In this document: piece by piece, positions 1 to 15,499 of the stretch | Position numbering within the stretch: the first letter of the stretch is position 1 | Layout of the letters: every line of letters starts with the position of its first letter | NCBI GenBank assembly: GCA_964016885.1 | Contig: OZ024742.1 | Span: forward strand, 305,598,001-305,662,000 | Direction: 5' to 3' | From: Eledone cirrhosa | Lineage: Eukaryota | Length of the DNA: 64,000 nt | The notes under the pieces: model-generated | The model's input: only the letters and a program-made list of their open reading frames with translations | Told to the model about the DNA's origin: nothing | The model's database searches: none | Program-made: the position numbers and the translations under genes

Positions 1-92
1 GAGACGTTTGTGTATGTTTGAGAGAGAGAGACGTTGTGTATGTTTGAGAGAGAGAGAGATAGAGATAGAGAGAGACGTTGTGTGTGTTTGAG

Positions 93-125
<33 letters not shown>

Positions 126-321
126 AATGAGTGTGCATGGTTGGGAGAGAAAGGTAGATGTGCGGGTGTTTGAGAAAGAGATGTGTGTGTGTGTGTGTGT
201 GTTGAGTGTGGGGGTGGGAAGATAGAAATGAAAATGTCTGTTTAAGAAATAGAAGCATAAAAGTATGTGTGTGTGTGTGTGTGTGGGTGTGTGAATGTTT
301 GAGAAGAAAGTGAGACAGAGA

Positions 322-360
<39 letters not shown>

Positions 361-365
361 AGAGA

Positions 366-414
<49 letters not shown>

Positions 415-494
415 AGGGAGAGAGTTAAAAGTGTGTACTTGTCGGAGAGACAGAGAAATAGACAGAAGTGAATGTTTGTTTGTTTGTTTGTTTG

Positions 495-569
<75 letters not shown>

Positions 570-873
570 GAGCGTGCATAGGTGTTTTTAAGAGAGAGGA
601 AAAGTGACAGTAAGAGAAAGGAGAGAGTAAAGAGGAGTTGTAGAGATTTTTGAAAAGTGAAGTACGGTGAATGAGAATTATAAAAATAATGAGAAACAAA
701 GAGAGAATAAGAGAGAGAGAGAGAGATAGTGAGATAGGGAGGGGGTAAAGAGGGAGACAGAGAGAATGACAGTGAAAGATTAAAAGATTAAGACAAGAGA
801 GAGGGGTGGATGTAGATATGAACACTTAGTAAAAATAGAGCAAAATTAAATACATACTTACATACTTACATAG

Positions 874-936
<63 letters not shown>

Positions 937-990
937 GGAACAAGTAGGACCCCGACGGCTGAGCTCAAGCCGTTTCGAAGGCTAATTCTG
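937..990 (-). mobile_element. Fold-back family P1, short fragment
   Basis: ggaacaagtaggaccccgacggctgagctcaagccgtttcgaaggctaattctg is nearly identical to the P1 arms at 39.2 kb. Embedded in (TA)n. Confidence 0.85.
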
Positions 991-1143
991 ATATATATAT
1001 ACATATAAAAACCCAAACATATATGCATACAGACACACGAAAACATCTATACGTGAATGCATTTATATATTTATGCTCCTGTGTGTTTACATGTATATGT
1101 ATATATATGTGTGTGTGTGTGTATGTATATTATATATTTATAG

Positions 1144-1205
<62 letters not shown>

Positions 1206-1212
1206 CATACAA

Positions 1213-1243
<31 letters not shown>

Positions 1244-1265
1244 ATATACATACAAACACACACAC

Positions 1266-1339
<74 letters not shown>

Positions 1340-1396
1340 TTGTATGTATATTATATATATATATATATATAATATACATACAAACACACACACACG

Positions 1397-1435
<39 letters not shown>

Positions 1436-1568
1436 TCATAGTTATACTTCGTGACTTCAAAACCAAAAATGTGTGTGCGTGTCTAGAGGGAGAGAAGAGG
1501 GGGTGGGGTACAATTTATTAGAACTGACGCAAAGAAAATGAGGATTAAAAGTAGTGATAAAAGAAGAG

Positions 1569-1645
<77 letters not shown>

Positions 1646-2196
1646 TGTATGAGGTATAGTTAGAGAGAGAACATGGGAGGGAGTGAAGAGAAAGAGAAAT
1701 GCAGAGAATTTATTAAAATTGAAGTATAGAAATTGAAGATATATATGTACATGTGTGTCTGAGTGTGTGTTCGTATATTTATATTTTTATATCTGTGTGT
1801 GTGTGTATTTGCTTATTCATAAAAAAAAGTGTGTGTATGTGTGTGTATGTGTATGTGTGTGTTTGTATGCACAAACAAAATGTGTAGAAAGCCAGGTAGA
1901 GAGGGAAAAATTGATATAAGTACAAGCAGTCATAGTGGGACACATGCATACATACACTTATAAACGGTGCACGCACACATGCACACACACACATACATAT
2001 ATATATATATACACATATATATATATACAAATATATATATATATATATACAAATATATAATATATATATATATATACAAATATATATATATATACAAATA
2101 TATATATATACAAATATATATATATATATGTAAATATATATATATATATATAATTTTCTTATAAATATATATATATATATTTATATATATATACAA

Positions 2197-2238
<42 letters not shown>

Positions 2239-2251
2239 TTGTATGTATATT

Positions 2252-2286
<35 letters not shown>

Positions 2287-2320
2287 TTATAAATATATAT
2301 ATTTATATTTATATATATAT

Positions 2321-2413
<93 letters not shown>

Positions 2414-2970
2414 CGCGCATATATATGTATGCAGAGAGAGAAAGAGGGGTGAGGTTTGGCGAGGACGGACTCTAAGAAAGAAGGGAAGAATTCTGGGGGA
2501 AAAAGGAAGAAATGAAATGTGAAGTAGCTGTCATTTAAACAGTATAAACGAAGGAGAGAGAGAGGGGGTGGTGCAGAGGAGGAAGAGGAGAAGGTGGGGA
2601 AAGAGGGAGGAGATATTTATTTAAATATTAACAATAATAATAATGATATTAATAATTATATTTGTAATCATTATTGTTATTGTCGATATTATTGTTATTT
2701 AAATAAATATATCCTCCCTCTTTCACCCCTAACACCTAGCCCCTCCACCCTCCTCGTAAAGGTAAAGATTTATAGTGTGATTGAAGAAACGTCAGACAGG
2801 ACAGCAAAAACCATACACACACATATATATATATATAGGGAGAGAAAGGTAGTGTGTGTGTGTTTGTTTGTATGTGTGTGTGTGTGTGTGTGTTTGTGTG
2901 TGTGCGTGTGTGTGTGTGTCTGTGTGTGTGTTTGGTTGTATGTGTGTGTGCGTGTGTGAGTCTGCGTGTC

Positions 2971-3014
<44 letters not shown>

Positions 3015-3499
3015 TGTGTGTGTGAATGGGAAAGAATGAATGAATGAATGAAAAAAAAGTAGCAATTGATTAAGGAAGGAGAGAACCGAAGAGAAAAAAG
3101 ATAGAGAAACCAGTCGGGGCTGTAGTGGTGAAGAAGTGGACAGGAGCGATATTGTGAGGGAATGAATGAAAGGAGTTATAGATTTGGAGAGAAAGAGAGA
3201 TATATATAGGAAGAAGGAGATAGACAAGGAAAGAAAGAAAAATGAGTTTTAGTAAGAAAGATATTCAATGGAAGTGAAAGATTTAGAAAGAAAGATAGAG
3301 GTATAGATTTGATAAGAAATAAATACAAACTTAGAAAGAAAGAAGAAGAGAGGGGAAGAACGAAAGAGTGAGATTTAGAGTGAAAGAAAGAGTTAGACAG
3401 AGAGAGAGGGGTGAGTGGGAGAGAGATAGAAATAGAGAGAGAGAGTTTTGGAGAGAAACAAAGAGTAAGAAGTAAAAAAGTAGAGGCAGCAAAGAAGAG

Positions 3500-4150
3500 C
3501 TTTCATCTGAAGACCAAACACTGCAACTATCGCACGCACTTGTATCTGACTGACTGATAAAGGAAGCGGGGAGAGGGTTAGCTTTAGTTCTCTTCTTTAT
3601 ATACACCCCACCTCTTGTCTTCGTTATCCGCCTCCTCTTCCTGCTCCTCCTGATCACCGGCCCGCCCGCCCGCCTGTCTGCCTGCCAACCTCCCCCACTG
3701 CCACCCCGACCACTACTAGTAGCATTATTTCTTTCACCTTACCCCCTCCTCTCCCTTCCGCTCCTCTCCCTGTCTCTCATCGGTGTTTTGTTTACCCCCC
3801 CCCCCCCATTCGCTTCTTGTACCTACCTTCATCTCTCATTCTCAAGCTCCCTCACGCCCCTATACCACCTCTCACTACTGTTAAGCATCCAGCAATCGGC
3901 ACAGAGAGACAGACAGACAGACAGAGAGAGAGCCACCGGCACCAACATCGCCAGTGCAGAAAGCGGACAGAACGTTAGCAAAAGAAGTAGGAGTACCGCT
4001 CGCTTTATATATTACCAAAGCAAAATGAAACGGAAAGAATAACAAGGAGAATCACAGAGTGAGAGAGCGAGAGAGACAGTGAGTGAGAGGGAGAGAGTGA
4101 GGTAGTGAACGACATCATCTCGTTACAATAAAAATCAGGGACCCGAAATA
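3500..4150 (+). promoter_or_regulatory. Candidate promoter / 5' end of the gene containing the 46 kb exon
   Basis: Local GC/CpG-rich island with tandem GC boxes (ccggcccgcccgcccgcc, about 3657-3674) and a CTGATAA GATA site, between a purine-rich and a pyrimidine-rich tract. It is followed by UTR-like A-rich sequence. Inference only. Confidence 0.35.
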
Positions 4151-4829
4151 TGAAAGATGTTCCAAACAGTTTAATATTGTGTGCGTGTTTATATATATGT
4201 ATGATAGAATATATAAATATATAATATACATATATATTTACAAGCATATATTTATCTGTAGCACTCTCATTCTCTCCGTATATATGTCTCTCTATATGTA
4301 TATATATATGCATATACATTTATCTTTACATATATATACATATATGTATATAAATCTATGAAAATATCACAAAGTGATCCGCGTATGGAAAGTTACACAG
4401 GCATGATTATAAGAAACGAAAAACCGGACCTTATACAATTGCCATACTCCTTGGAATAAGATATACATATATACATATCATAGACACCTATATCTGCATA
4501 CGCACGCGTACAATCCATACACATATATTTTGTCACAATATTACACACGTTTTTTCTCACACACATAAAACACACGTTTAATGTAATTTCTTTCTTTTTC
4601 TCTTCTTGTCCCATAACCACATATCCACAAACACACACGCACCTACATACTCATTCACACATACACACAGATACATCTATACATACAGTATATGCTCATA
4701 TTTATTATGAGTTTCCTTATTCAAATTCCGGTAAATAGAAACAACATAAGTTCTGTTGGAACAATCTGATAAAGTAGATTGTCTTTCTAAAGTTGATACC
4801 GTTGAGCTTATTTTCTGTTATAATTATAA

Positions 4830-4864
<35 letters not shown>

Positions 4865-5043
4865 AATTCCTTTTAACCTATCTCTCACACACAGACACAA
4901 CACACGAAACCTGTTATTTAATTTACTTTTTACTTACATATCTATCTATCTATCTATCTATCTACCGATCTATCAATCTATATAACTATCTATCTCTCTA
5001 TCTATCTATAAATATACATACACATATATATACATACATATAT

Positions 5044-5086
<43 letters not shown>

Positions 5087-6279
5087 CATATCATTCATTC
5101 AAACAGATCCCTTCACACCTGTTATTGAGATATTATTATTTATTTTTACTATTAGTATTAATGTAAAGATATTGTTTCCTTACTACATTGCAACCAATGA
5201 AAGTATTATCAGTCTAACAACAAGAACAACAACAACAATATATACAAAAAAATAAATAAAGCAACAGCTAAAACACCGACGAGGGGAGGAACAAAAGAAG
5301 AAAGAACGTGGAACAGAAAAGAGTAAGAAACTTAATGTTCATTCAAAGACATAAAATGGATTATTACAGTTGGAAGTATCTTCAAACCCCCAACCAATTT
5401 TGGATATAATAGAGCATAATATATACATATATTCATATACTGTATGAATATATAATACATATAATTATAATTTATTTTCTATATTTAAAATAATTATTGT
5501 TTATGTCGTATATTAAGTATATAAATAATATATATACAGAAGGGATATTTATATATATCTGTCTATGTATATATATAAATTCACTTGCTTCTAAAATATT
5601 TGTATATATTTAAAGACAAAAGAAAGGAAATATTTCATAATTATAATTTTTATACCACGACCATCATCAACAACAAGCATTATAGTAATTATTATTATCA
5701 TTATTATTAATATTATTATTACCAAATATCCGAATCTGAAATGTTCTGATATTTATAATCATGCACAAACACACACAACAACAGTACAAACATTTATAAC
5801 AATAACAACAACAAAAAAAGCATTGTGATACGAGGAATATATAGCAATGATTTATTAAACAGAGAAAATATTAATAATAATATTAATAATACTAACAGCA
5901 ATTATAAACAAATGCAAGCAAACAACAATCAACAATTTCAACACAATATTTCACTGTGATAACAACAACAACAACGTCATCGTCATCAACACCACCATCG
6001 CTATCATTGCCATTACTACTACCACCATAATCAAGTAAAAGAGAAAAAAAAAAGGAATATACAAGCGAAAAAGTTTATATATATCTATACATACTTACAA
6101 CACATACATATATAATTTTTCTTTACACAAACATACATATCCAACAACTAAAATAGCCAAAATCACCACACTCACACAAACACAAACACACACACACGTG
6201 ATTACACTTTTTAAAACTAAATGTAAAATATCAAGAATATACATAAAAAAGTGAAATAAAGGAAATATAAAAAAGTATA

Positions 6280-6432
6280 ATCGAAGATCCAGCTCCCCTA
6301 CTGCCCAAAGCGGATATTATTTCTATTTGGCACCCCGTTTGGAAGTTCTGCTGGGACAAGAAGCCAAAATTGCTACGACAATAATATCCCGTTTCGGAAT
6401 ACCCGCTTGGTGTGCAACAGTTCGTTTGAAAG
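6280..6432 (+). other. Candidate 3' end of an upstream exon (donor AAG|gtaacc at 6433)
   Basis: Unique, GC-richer stretch ending in a good donor. The open frame ...PAWCATVRLK-G ends in phase 1, compatible with the 46251 acceptor, but there is no in-frame ATG after the stop at 6252. Confidence 0.3.
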
Positions 6433-9351
6433 GTAACCTTTTAATACTTACTGATTTGTTTATTGTTTATGAGGGTTTAAGGTATTATTATATGTATCCC
6501 GGTGGTAGGGGACAGGGTTAATGTAAGGAAACATTGCACACAAAAAAAGTTTAAATAAAAAAAAAAAAAATGCTTTTATAAATGTACACATATTTACGCA
6601 CATACAATGTCTCTAAAATAGAGGGGAGTTCAGCCGGTGCATCGGTCCGGTGTCCGGTGTAAGGCGAGCTGCGGAAATGTCCGTGAACATCTGTTTCTCC
6701 ATGCCGCACCCCAAACGAAATCTCTAGGTTCCTTTGAATTTTGAGAACAGTCTCCTAATTCACCGAGTGATGGGCTGAAAGTATTGTTTTACCTTGGAAA
6801 ATGTTTGTCGGAGCCCCTGTACACATACGCACAAATAGAAAATCATATATTCGTAAACATATTTCATATACACACTTATACTCACGCAGTCAGATATTCA
6901 CATACACAAAACAGACAGGCTCTCACACGCTTGTGCACGCGCGCTTATACACACACCTTCACACATATTGATACACACGCAATCAGACATAAGCAGGCGC
7001 AAACAATCGCATACACACACACACACACGCACTGATACACAAACTCCTCCACACATGTAATGTATATAGTGGTACACATTTTCATATATATGAATGAACT
7101 ATTCATTTCTTCTATACACACTTTCACATATATATACTGACAAATATACACAGATACATTCACATAGATATAACTGTATCCATGCAAACACATATAGAAT
7201 ATGACCCCATACATAAAAACACATTCATTTACATGACATACACACAAACACAAAACAGACTTATAAGTATAAACGCAAATGCACAAACACATGCTCATGC
7301 ATAGTCATGTAAAAGTAAACGTACGAAAAATGAAAGAAAAAGAGATGGCCAATATCTAGCTGTGCCCTCTCTATTTTATCGTAACTACAAAATATCCCAT
7401 TTGAATCTGTATAGATTATTCCCCCACAAATTCCCCTCCTTCACAAACGCTATATATTTTTACTCAACTTTTTCTCTCAGATTTTGAAGATATCTAGAAT
7501 CGATCTGCCCCTTAGCTCCTGCTTTTACTTCAATCACCTACAAGTGTCCAAAAGTCCCACACGCACACACACACATAAATGATCTTTAAATGGGTGTCTT
7601 CAATGGAGTCCCTTCCGTTGAAAACGTTCAAGCCAAGCTGAGGATACTTTCCTTCTTCCCTGATCCCTTTCCCAACCAACTCGAGACCGTCAAATAAAAA
7701 AAAAAGTAAAAAAAAAATAAAATAGTCTGATAACCCTGAAGCCCGAAAGCTAAGGATGGTCCCAAGAATCTTTGATATTCCGTCGCATAAAAAGAAAAAC
7801 ATAATTATAAACACCGCCCATACACCCAGGGGCCAAAATCAGTCTCGTTTTGACCTTATAGTATTTCTTTCTAGGACTTACATACACACACACACACACA
7901 CTTACACACAGATACAGAGACAAACAATAACTATGTATTATTTGTCTTGTAAAACAGCTGTTGTTACTACACTCCCCCCCCACCACCAACACCCCCGCCA
8001 CCACAAGCACGTCGACCTTACAAATGTACTTGTAGAGATGAAGATGAAATGAGCTGGTTTAGCGAATGTTGACGAATTACTAGATGGGATGGGCGAACAT
8101 GGGTTAAATGGGGTGGAACAGATGAGAGGTCGTGCTATCAGTCTTCTATCGGGTGTGATCCAGTGGTACTCAGATCGATATCTGTGTGATAGTTTGGATA
8201 AAGACGGGGGAACGGATGTGTGGCTCTACCTTATTCGGGTGGAATGGAAAATTGATCGGGCTTGACTGAGTGTTTCAGTTGTTCGATCAACAGAACGACC
8301 TGCTCTTGAAAGTAATGTGTAAGTGGCTGAGCATTCCACAGAAGCGTGAACCATTTTCGGGGTTCTCGGCATAATTCAGCACAATGCATTGTTTGATAAA
8401 GCTAGATCTTTGAATTACAGGCACAGTCCATTCGACGGGCTTCCAAAAACTTTCAGTCAACATATTTTCACTCACAAGGATTGGGTTAGACTTAGGCTAT
8501 GATAAATGACACTTGACTAGGATGTCACTGAATGAAATTGCACCCGAATACTATTATTGAGAGGCGAAAGTCTTATCCATTCGGCCTTTGTTACACCATC
8601 TCACCTGTCTTGTTACAGTCAATAAGTTTCATAGTTCGATATGATATTCACTTGTCCAGTACAAACAAGAATCAATATACATATACCTCCACCCCACACA
8701 CATACACTTACGCCTGTGAGTGTGTATGTGTGTGTGTGGGGTGGGGGTGGGGGGTCTAATTGTGTATAAAGAGCAAGTTGAGTAGCGTACCTTTAGGCTA
8801 GAAGATAAATTAACTACTTGATATATGAGATCGATAAAATAAGTACCAAGCTGATAAAAGTACTAGGATAGCTATCTGAACGACTTCAATCGCTACAGGC
8901 GGTGATCCCAACATGGCCGCAGTCAAATGAGGGAAAGCACCAAGATAATCCAATAATAAATATATTAGAATTATCTCCAATGTTTCTATACATGTATATA
9001 GATTAGAAAACACAAACTATGCAACTTATAAAAATTGGCATGGTGTGTAATGTATGTGTGCAGCCCATATGTTGTATATCGTTTCACCTCTACAACATGT
9101 ATTGATGGGTTTAGTCTCTTGCTGTCTCTTACACAGATTTTAAAGATTCAACTGATTAACTTAAATTATTTGTTAATTAATTAATTAATTAATTATTTAA
9201 TATGATGTAGAAACAGCAATAATTCGCTAATAGAGCAAATAGATTTCATTTGTACGTTGGTCAATTGCACTCACTCACAGATACACTTGAACATATGGAT
9301 AATAACATGCACAAACAAATAAATACACACATAAACACACACACGCACGTG

Positions 9352-9390
<39 letters not shown>

Positions 9391-9523
9391 TATATGCTTG
9401 CTAACACTCCGCTTTTAACCATGTATCGATGACGGAAGAAAGGACGGTTTTACGTACACCCATTTGCTATTATTAGTAAAGTAATAGCTAGTGTGTGTGT
9501 ATCTATCTATCTATCTATCTATC

Positions 9524-9560
<37 letters not shown>

Positions 9561-9679
9561 ATTAGTACCTATGATTATCTAATAATCAATACGACACCGG
9601 ACACCCAGTGGAAGGCATTAGCGGTTCGCTTCCTGTCAAATGGTACAGTCTATGTAACTTTAGGTGTAATATATATATA

Positions 9680-9834
9680 CTGGGCCGTCTTAACGCATGG
9701 GCACGCTGGGCAGCTGCCCGGGGGCCCCGCAAGGATAGGGGGCCCATTTGTATTTTTATTCCTTGAGTGGTTGTGTGGGTAGGGGCCCCAGTGCTCTGCT
9801 TTGCCCGGGGGCCTATAATGCTGTTAAGACGGTC

Positions 9835-9837
<3 letters not shown>
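9680..9837. mobile_element. hAT-type MITE
   Basis: TIRs ctgggccgtcttaa / ttaagacggtcctg, internal gggcccc motifs, and 8-bp tatatata on both sides. Confidence 0.8.
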
Positions 9838-9868
<31 letters not shown>

Positions 9869-10729
9869 GTGTGTGTGTGTATATGGTTATACACTAACGT
9901 AATTTCTGACATATATTGCGTTACACGTCACACACACATACCTGGCCTCGCAGGAAACACCCACCCAGAACAACAAGAAGTAGTCGCGTTACCGCCCCCT
10001 TCCCTCCACGCATAATGATGAATATTAGTTATGCTGTCGTGTCTGTCGAAGTCGGCACGTGTATGTTATGAGGTGGGGGATAGACGGGTAGGTATACACA
10101 TCGTGTACAAAGTGGTGAACAGGTGTCTGGGTAGTCAACTCATCAATAATTACTGAAATTTCTTTTTTCAACTAAATTATTCTTAACGATCCAGGCAGAC
10201 GCAACCGGCCCCCAAATGTGTTAGAAGGCGGGGCGTAGAAGGAGGAGAGGCGGATAAGAAATAGATAGATAGACGAAAACCAAACGGCAAACTGTGATCA
10301 ATGGAAGCAATAGAGTGGATGTAAAGTTTCCTCTGTGCATGTGTGTGTGGATAATCTATTAAAATATCCTTTGATGTGATTTTAGGTATTAAGACATTAT
10401 AGAGTACGAAACTAACTACATATGTGTACCCATCCAGATTTGGATATTCTTGCTCAAACTATGCTACACACACACACATACACACTCTCTATCTCACACA
10501 TACATAGATACATGACATTGAAAGAGAAAGATCATGATAACTTCAGAGATGCTGGAAGAAAATGCTGAATCTCTGTTTGTGTGCGTGTGTGTGTGGATAT
10601 ATGAATGTGTATGTTAGAGAGGATGTGATTGAGAAAAGTTTTTAAAATTATAGTACTGTAGGTGGTGTTTCAGTTTCGATGCGTGTATATATATATATAC
10701 GTACACATACACACAACCACATAAACACT

Positions 10730-10760
<31 letters not shown>

Positions 10761-10902
10761 GTTCTTTTAGTCTGGCTAGGCAGCGAGTCGTTTTACTCTA
10801 GAGTTTCACCTGTACACTCGCAGGGCTATAATAAATGAATATTTAAACTCTACTTCTGAATATTTAAACTCTACTCTTTTCTCTCGTCACCCAACTACAT
10901 AC

Positions 10903-10945
<43 letters not shown>

Positions 10946-10950
<5 letters not shown>

Positions 10951-11087
10951 GACGTAAAATAAGAAAAATTTAAAAATTAACTTACTTTAGTAAGTAAGTT
11001 AATTTTTAAAATTTTCCTACTGTACGTCTTTCATATAATTGTTCTGCATCCCTCTGCATAGAACCACAAAAGTACTAAGACATAACA
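10946..11087. mobile_element. Diverged fold-back element (imperfect palindrome 10946-11033 plus tail)
   Basis: tgaaagacgta...aaaaattaacttactt / aagtaagttaattttt...tacgtctttca, lying between (TA)n arrays. Confidence 0.75.
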
Positions 11088-11277
11088 TATATATATTTGC
11101 TAGCATGGGTATACATCTGTATACATATGTTGGTAGATATACTAATTCTCTCTCTCTCTATATATATATATATAGTAGAGAGTTGGGGCCCATGGATGAA
11201 GTTTTGCCGTTTCGACCACGAATTTATTCTGCTATATCTACCCTCTTCTGTCCCAAGTATTATATCTGCTATAGTCC

Positions 11278-11333
<56 letters not shown>

Positions 11334-11553
11334 ATATATATATATATATATATATACATATATATGTATGTATATACTAATATATTTCAACTCTCTCTCT
11401 CTATTGGTATCTCTATTAAGTAAAGTGGAATTATAGAAACTCTGAATATGGATAGAGGGAAATAGCAGATGTGTACAACACATCATTCTACTTCACGGCA
11501 TATATTATTTAATGTAATGTTTATGAATAACATATATGTGCGTGCGCGCACAC

Positions 11554-11584
<31 letters not shown>

Positions 11585-11688
11585 CACATGTGTGTTTATA
11601 AACAGCCATATGTAGGCATATTCTTGAGGATCATAACAATAATAAAACGCACTCTTCTTGAATAGTGTGAAAACGTAGAATTAACACT

Positions 11689-11739
<51 letters not shown>

Positions 11740-11780
11740 TAGAAGTTGTATTTAATTTGTTGGAAGTCCGACAAACATAA

Positions 11781-11825
<45 letters not shown>

Positions 11826-13324
11826 CAGTCTCAGAGCACTTCTTTGTATGAATATGAGTGTGTGTGCGTGTGACTTGTTTTCATGCACTTAGTGTGGATC
11901 GATACTTGTATAAGAAATCTGATCGGTAAAGCGCATGGTCTGACTGCTGTAGATCAAACAGCTGCGTTTGAACAATGGGCAGCGCTATAGAGAGACCAGT
12001 CCAAACAAGACTTCGCTAGAGTTGGTACACGGCAACATGTGGCTGATATCATGATTTTGGTAGTTGAGGTAATGGTGGTGGTTTAAGTAGTGGTGTTTGT
12101 TGAGTAGTTGGTTGTAGGATCAGGAGAGTCGGCTGGCACATTGCAACATGTGGTTACATCATGGTATTTTTGATTAGAGATTTTTGAGTGGTTGACCTGT
12201 TTGTAATAATGTAGTTAATGTTTGTGATGGTATTATATGTGTGAATGTTGGGGATAATTGTTGTGGTGGTTAGTTGAGTAGTTGGTTGTGTGGTCGGTCG
12301 TAACAGTACATGGCAACATATGGTTATGTGGTTATATATATGGTACTGCCTGGAGAATCTGGTGGTAGTGCTGTTGGTGTTATTATTGTTGGTGTTAGTG
12401 TTGCTGGTTTTGCTGTTATGGGATGTGGGATTGTTGGTGGTGTTGTCGGTAAGTCGTTATAGTTGGATCTTGCTTGAGAATTTTGCAGTTTAAATGTTGG
12501 TGGTAGTCGTCGTGGAGGGAGTAATGATAGTGCTTGTGGTGGTAATGTTGTTGTTGATGTTAGTAATGATTGTAATAGGTCATGTTGGTCGTTATTGTTG
12601 TGGTGGTAGTGGTCTTAATAAGCACGCTGTTAATGATCCTGCTGTTATTGTAGATGTGTCGGTGGTTTTGCTGATTAGGATAGTGGGGCGTTTGTGGAGT
12701 TGCACTGGTAATTGTGATAGTAGTAGTGTTGTTAAGACTGATAGAGGGCTGGTGTGGTGGATATAGTTACAGTGGTGGTGGTGGTGGTGGTGATGGTAGC
12801 AGGTATGACAGCAGTAGTGGTGTTCTTTTGCCCTAGGTAAGCCCACATTCTGTAAACTTCTAACCGAAGGCATTCCGACCATGACAATCCCGGATTTTTC
12901 AACAGTTGTTACATGTGAGTGTGATTCGAGAATTGTTACTTGGCACCTGTTGTGATAGGATTGATGTCGTGGGTAGTGGTAGTAGTGGTTAAAGTTATGA
13001 TGCTGGTGGTGGGTTTTGTGGTTTTATAGTGACGTTGGCCTTTATACTATTGCTGAGTTATTGCGGTAGTGTTCCGGTGGTAGTTAAATTGTTGTTGTTG
13101 GTAATGTCTTTCCTGGACAGTGTACTTCTGTCTACATTAACCTATCAATATGTCCCTCGTTTTTCAAACGTACAATTCTGATTTCAGAGAGATTTTGTTG
13201 CTAGTTTAGCAGGTCGAATGACAGAATATCCTACACAGACACCCACATACGTGTCTGTATATATATACATGAGTGTGTAGGGGGAGGGGTTATGTGTGTG
13301 TGTGCATATGCAAATTTGCGTATG

Positions 13325-13356
<32 letters not shown>

Positions 13357-13659
13357 AATTTGCATATGTACAAATTTGCATATATACGTAAGCGTAATTT
13401 CGTGATGCACAAACTCTAAAGACAGCTTTATCCAGAATATGTAGACAGCATATTGTTAGTGTAATTGGCTGTTATGAGAATAAGATGCAGTAAAAGACTA
13501 AAGAAATTACTAGTCCATTGTTGTTTCAAATATAGTTTGATTTAGATAGCTGATGTATCACTCTTGCAATATCTTCAATTTCTTACTTAAAATACACTGT
13601 TTTACCCCACATAACATAACAGGTTTGGGGTAAGAGCCATATATCATAACCTTGAGTCC

Positions 13660-13861
13660 TGGTGGATTGGCAGAATCGTTAGAGGATTACACAATTAATG
13701 CTCGGATTTTTGCGTTCTGAGATCAAATATCGCCGAATTCAACTTTGCCTTTTTCCCCTCCCTGGCTGAAAGAAATAATGTACCAGTAAAGGATTATGGC
13801 CGATTTAAGCGTCATTCCATCCCCTGTAACGTTTGACATGGGCCTAAATTAGAAATCATTA
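13660..13861 (+). mobile_element. SINE family A, diverged
   Basis: ttggcagaatcgttag ... aactttgcctttt ... gtaccag ... ttagaaatcatt. Confidence 0.7.
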
Positions 13862-14571
13862 CTCTTTACTTTGGCAAATAAAATTATAAGTAAGTGTAAG
13901 TGAGCTGTATAGCGAAATAAATTGCTCTAAGTATATTACTGTTATTTATTTTATTATCGTCAGCGGCATGAAGTGAGGATTCACGTAGGAATTGAACATA
14001 GAGCGTGTGATTCCCGTAAACACCCAGCTCTCGTAGTTCAACAAAATATTATAGATATATGATTTGAAATATAATATATGATGGCTGTTATGTGCGTGAT
14101 TTCCTGATTAAATATCTGTCTGTAGGTACTTTGTCTTGTCTTCGTTAATGACCACTAAAATTACTCGCCAATTAAGAAGCCGCCAGATTAATTCAATTAG
14201 AACTAGTCGTTAATGAAGTCATCATCTCATGAAACTAATTGAGAGACACAATCTGCATAGACCAGCAGATTCTATCTCAACTGGGTCTCCGATGATATAA
14301 ATACAGGGAACCGGGCAGACATGATGGGTTAGACCCCATATAATCGGTTCTAAATTTTGATCTTTGTTTTTCACGGCCATCCCCCCATCACATTCGTTGA
14401 TGAATTAACAAACAATTGGTTTCATTAATCGAACCGATTCCTATGTTATCATTGGTACTGTGATACAGAGTTACTAGATTGGGTTACAAGTAGTGGATAC
14501 TTTTCATTATGGCACGTTAATGTATGTATGTTTGTACACACACACACACACACGCACACGCACACGCACAC

Positions 14572-14733
<162 letters not shown>

Positions 14734-14914
14734 TATATGTATATATAATGTATATATATAATATATATATATATATAGATATATAATATATATATATATA
14801 TATAATGTATATATATATAATATATATATATATATAGATATATAATATATATATATATATATAATATATATATATATGTATATATAATATATATATATAA
14901 TATATATATATATT

Positions 14915-14949
<35 letters not shown>

Positions 14950-15061
14950 GTGTATGTGTGTGTGTGTTATTTATGTTACTTTAAAATTATGATTATCATA
15001 CTAAATTAATTAAATAAATAAGAACCGACCTACAAGCAATCATTATTATTATTATTATTCA

Positions 15062-15458
15062 GGGCGGTGGATTGGCAGTATCGGTAGAGCGTCAGACATC
15101 ATGCTTTGCAGCATAGAGTTATGGCTCTTTACATTCTGAGTTCAAATCCCGCCGAGGTTAACTTTGCCTTTCATCCTTACGGGGTCGATAAAATAAAGTA
15201 CCAGTAATGCACTGGGTAATTGCTGGCCTTGTGCCAAACATAGAAACAATTACTATTATTGAGGGCGGTGAATTGGCAGTATCAGTAGAGGGTTGGACGC
15301 CACGCTTTCTAGCATAGTTACATCCCTTTAGTGTTTGAGTTCAAATCCCGTCGAGGTAAACTTTGCCTTTCATCCTTACGGGGTCGATAAAATAAAGTAC
15401 CAGTAATGCATTGTGTAATTGCTGGCCTTGTGCCTAAAGTAGAAACAATTATTATTAT
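15062..15458 (+). mobile_element. Two tandem full-length tRNA-derived SINEs (family A)
   Basis: A box tggcagtatcggtag, B box gagttcaaatcc, central aactttgcctttcatccttacggggtcgataaaataaagtaccag and (ATT)n tail. Units are 15062-15260 and 15263-15458. Confidence 0.9.
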
Positions 15459-15499
15459 TCATATTCGTTTGTACAGTGATCATCTTGTTAACACTAGAT

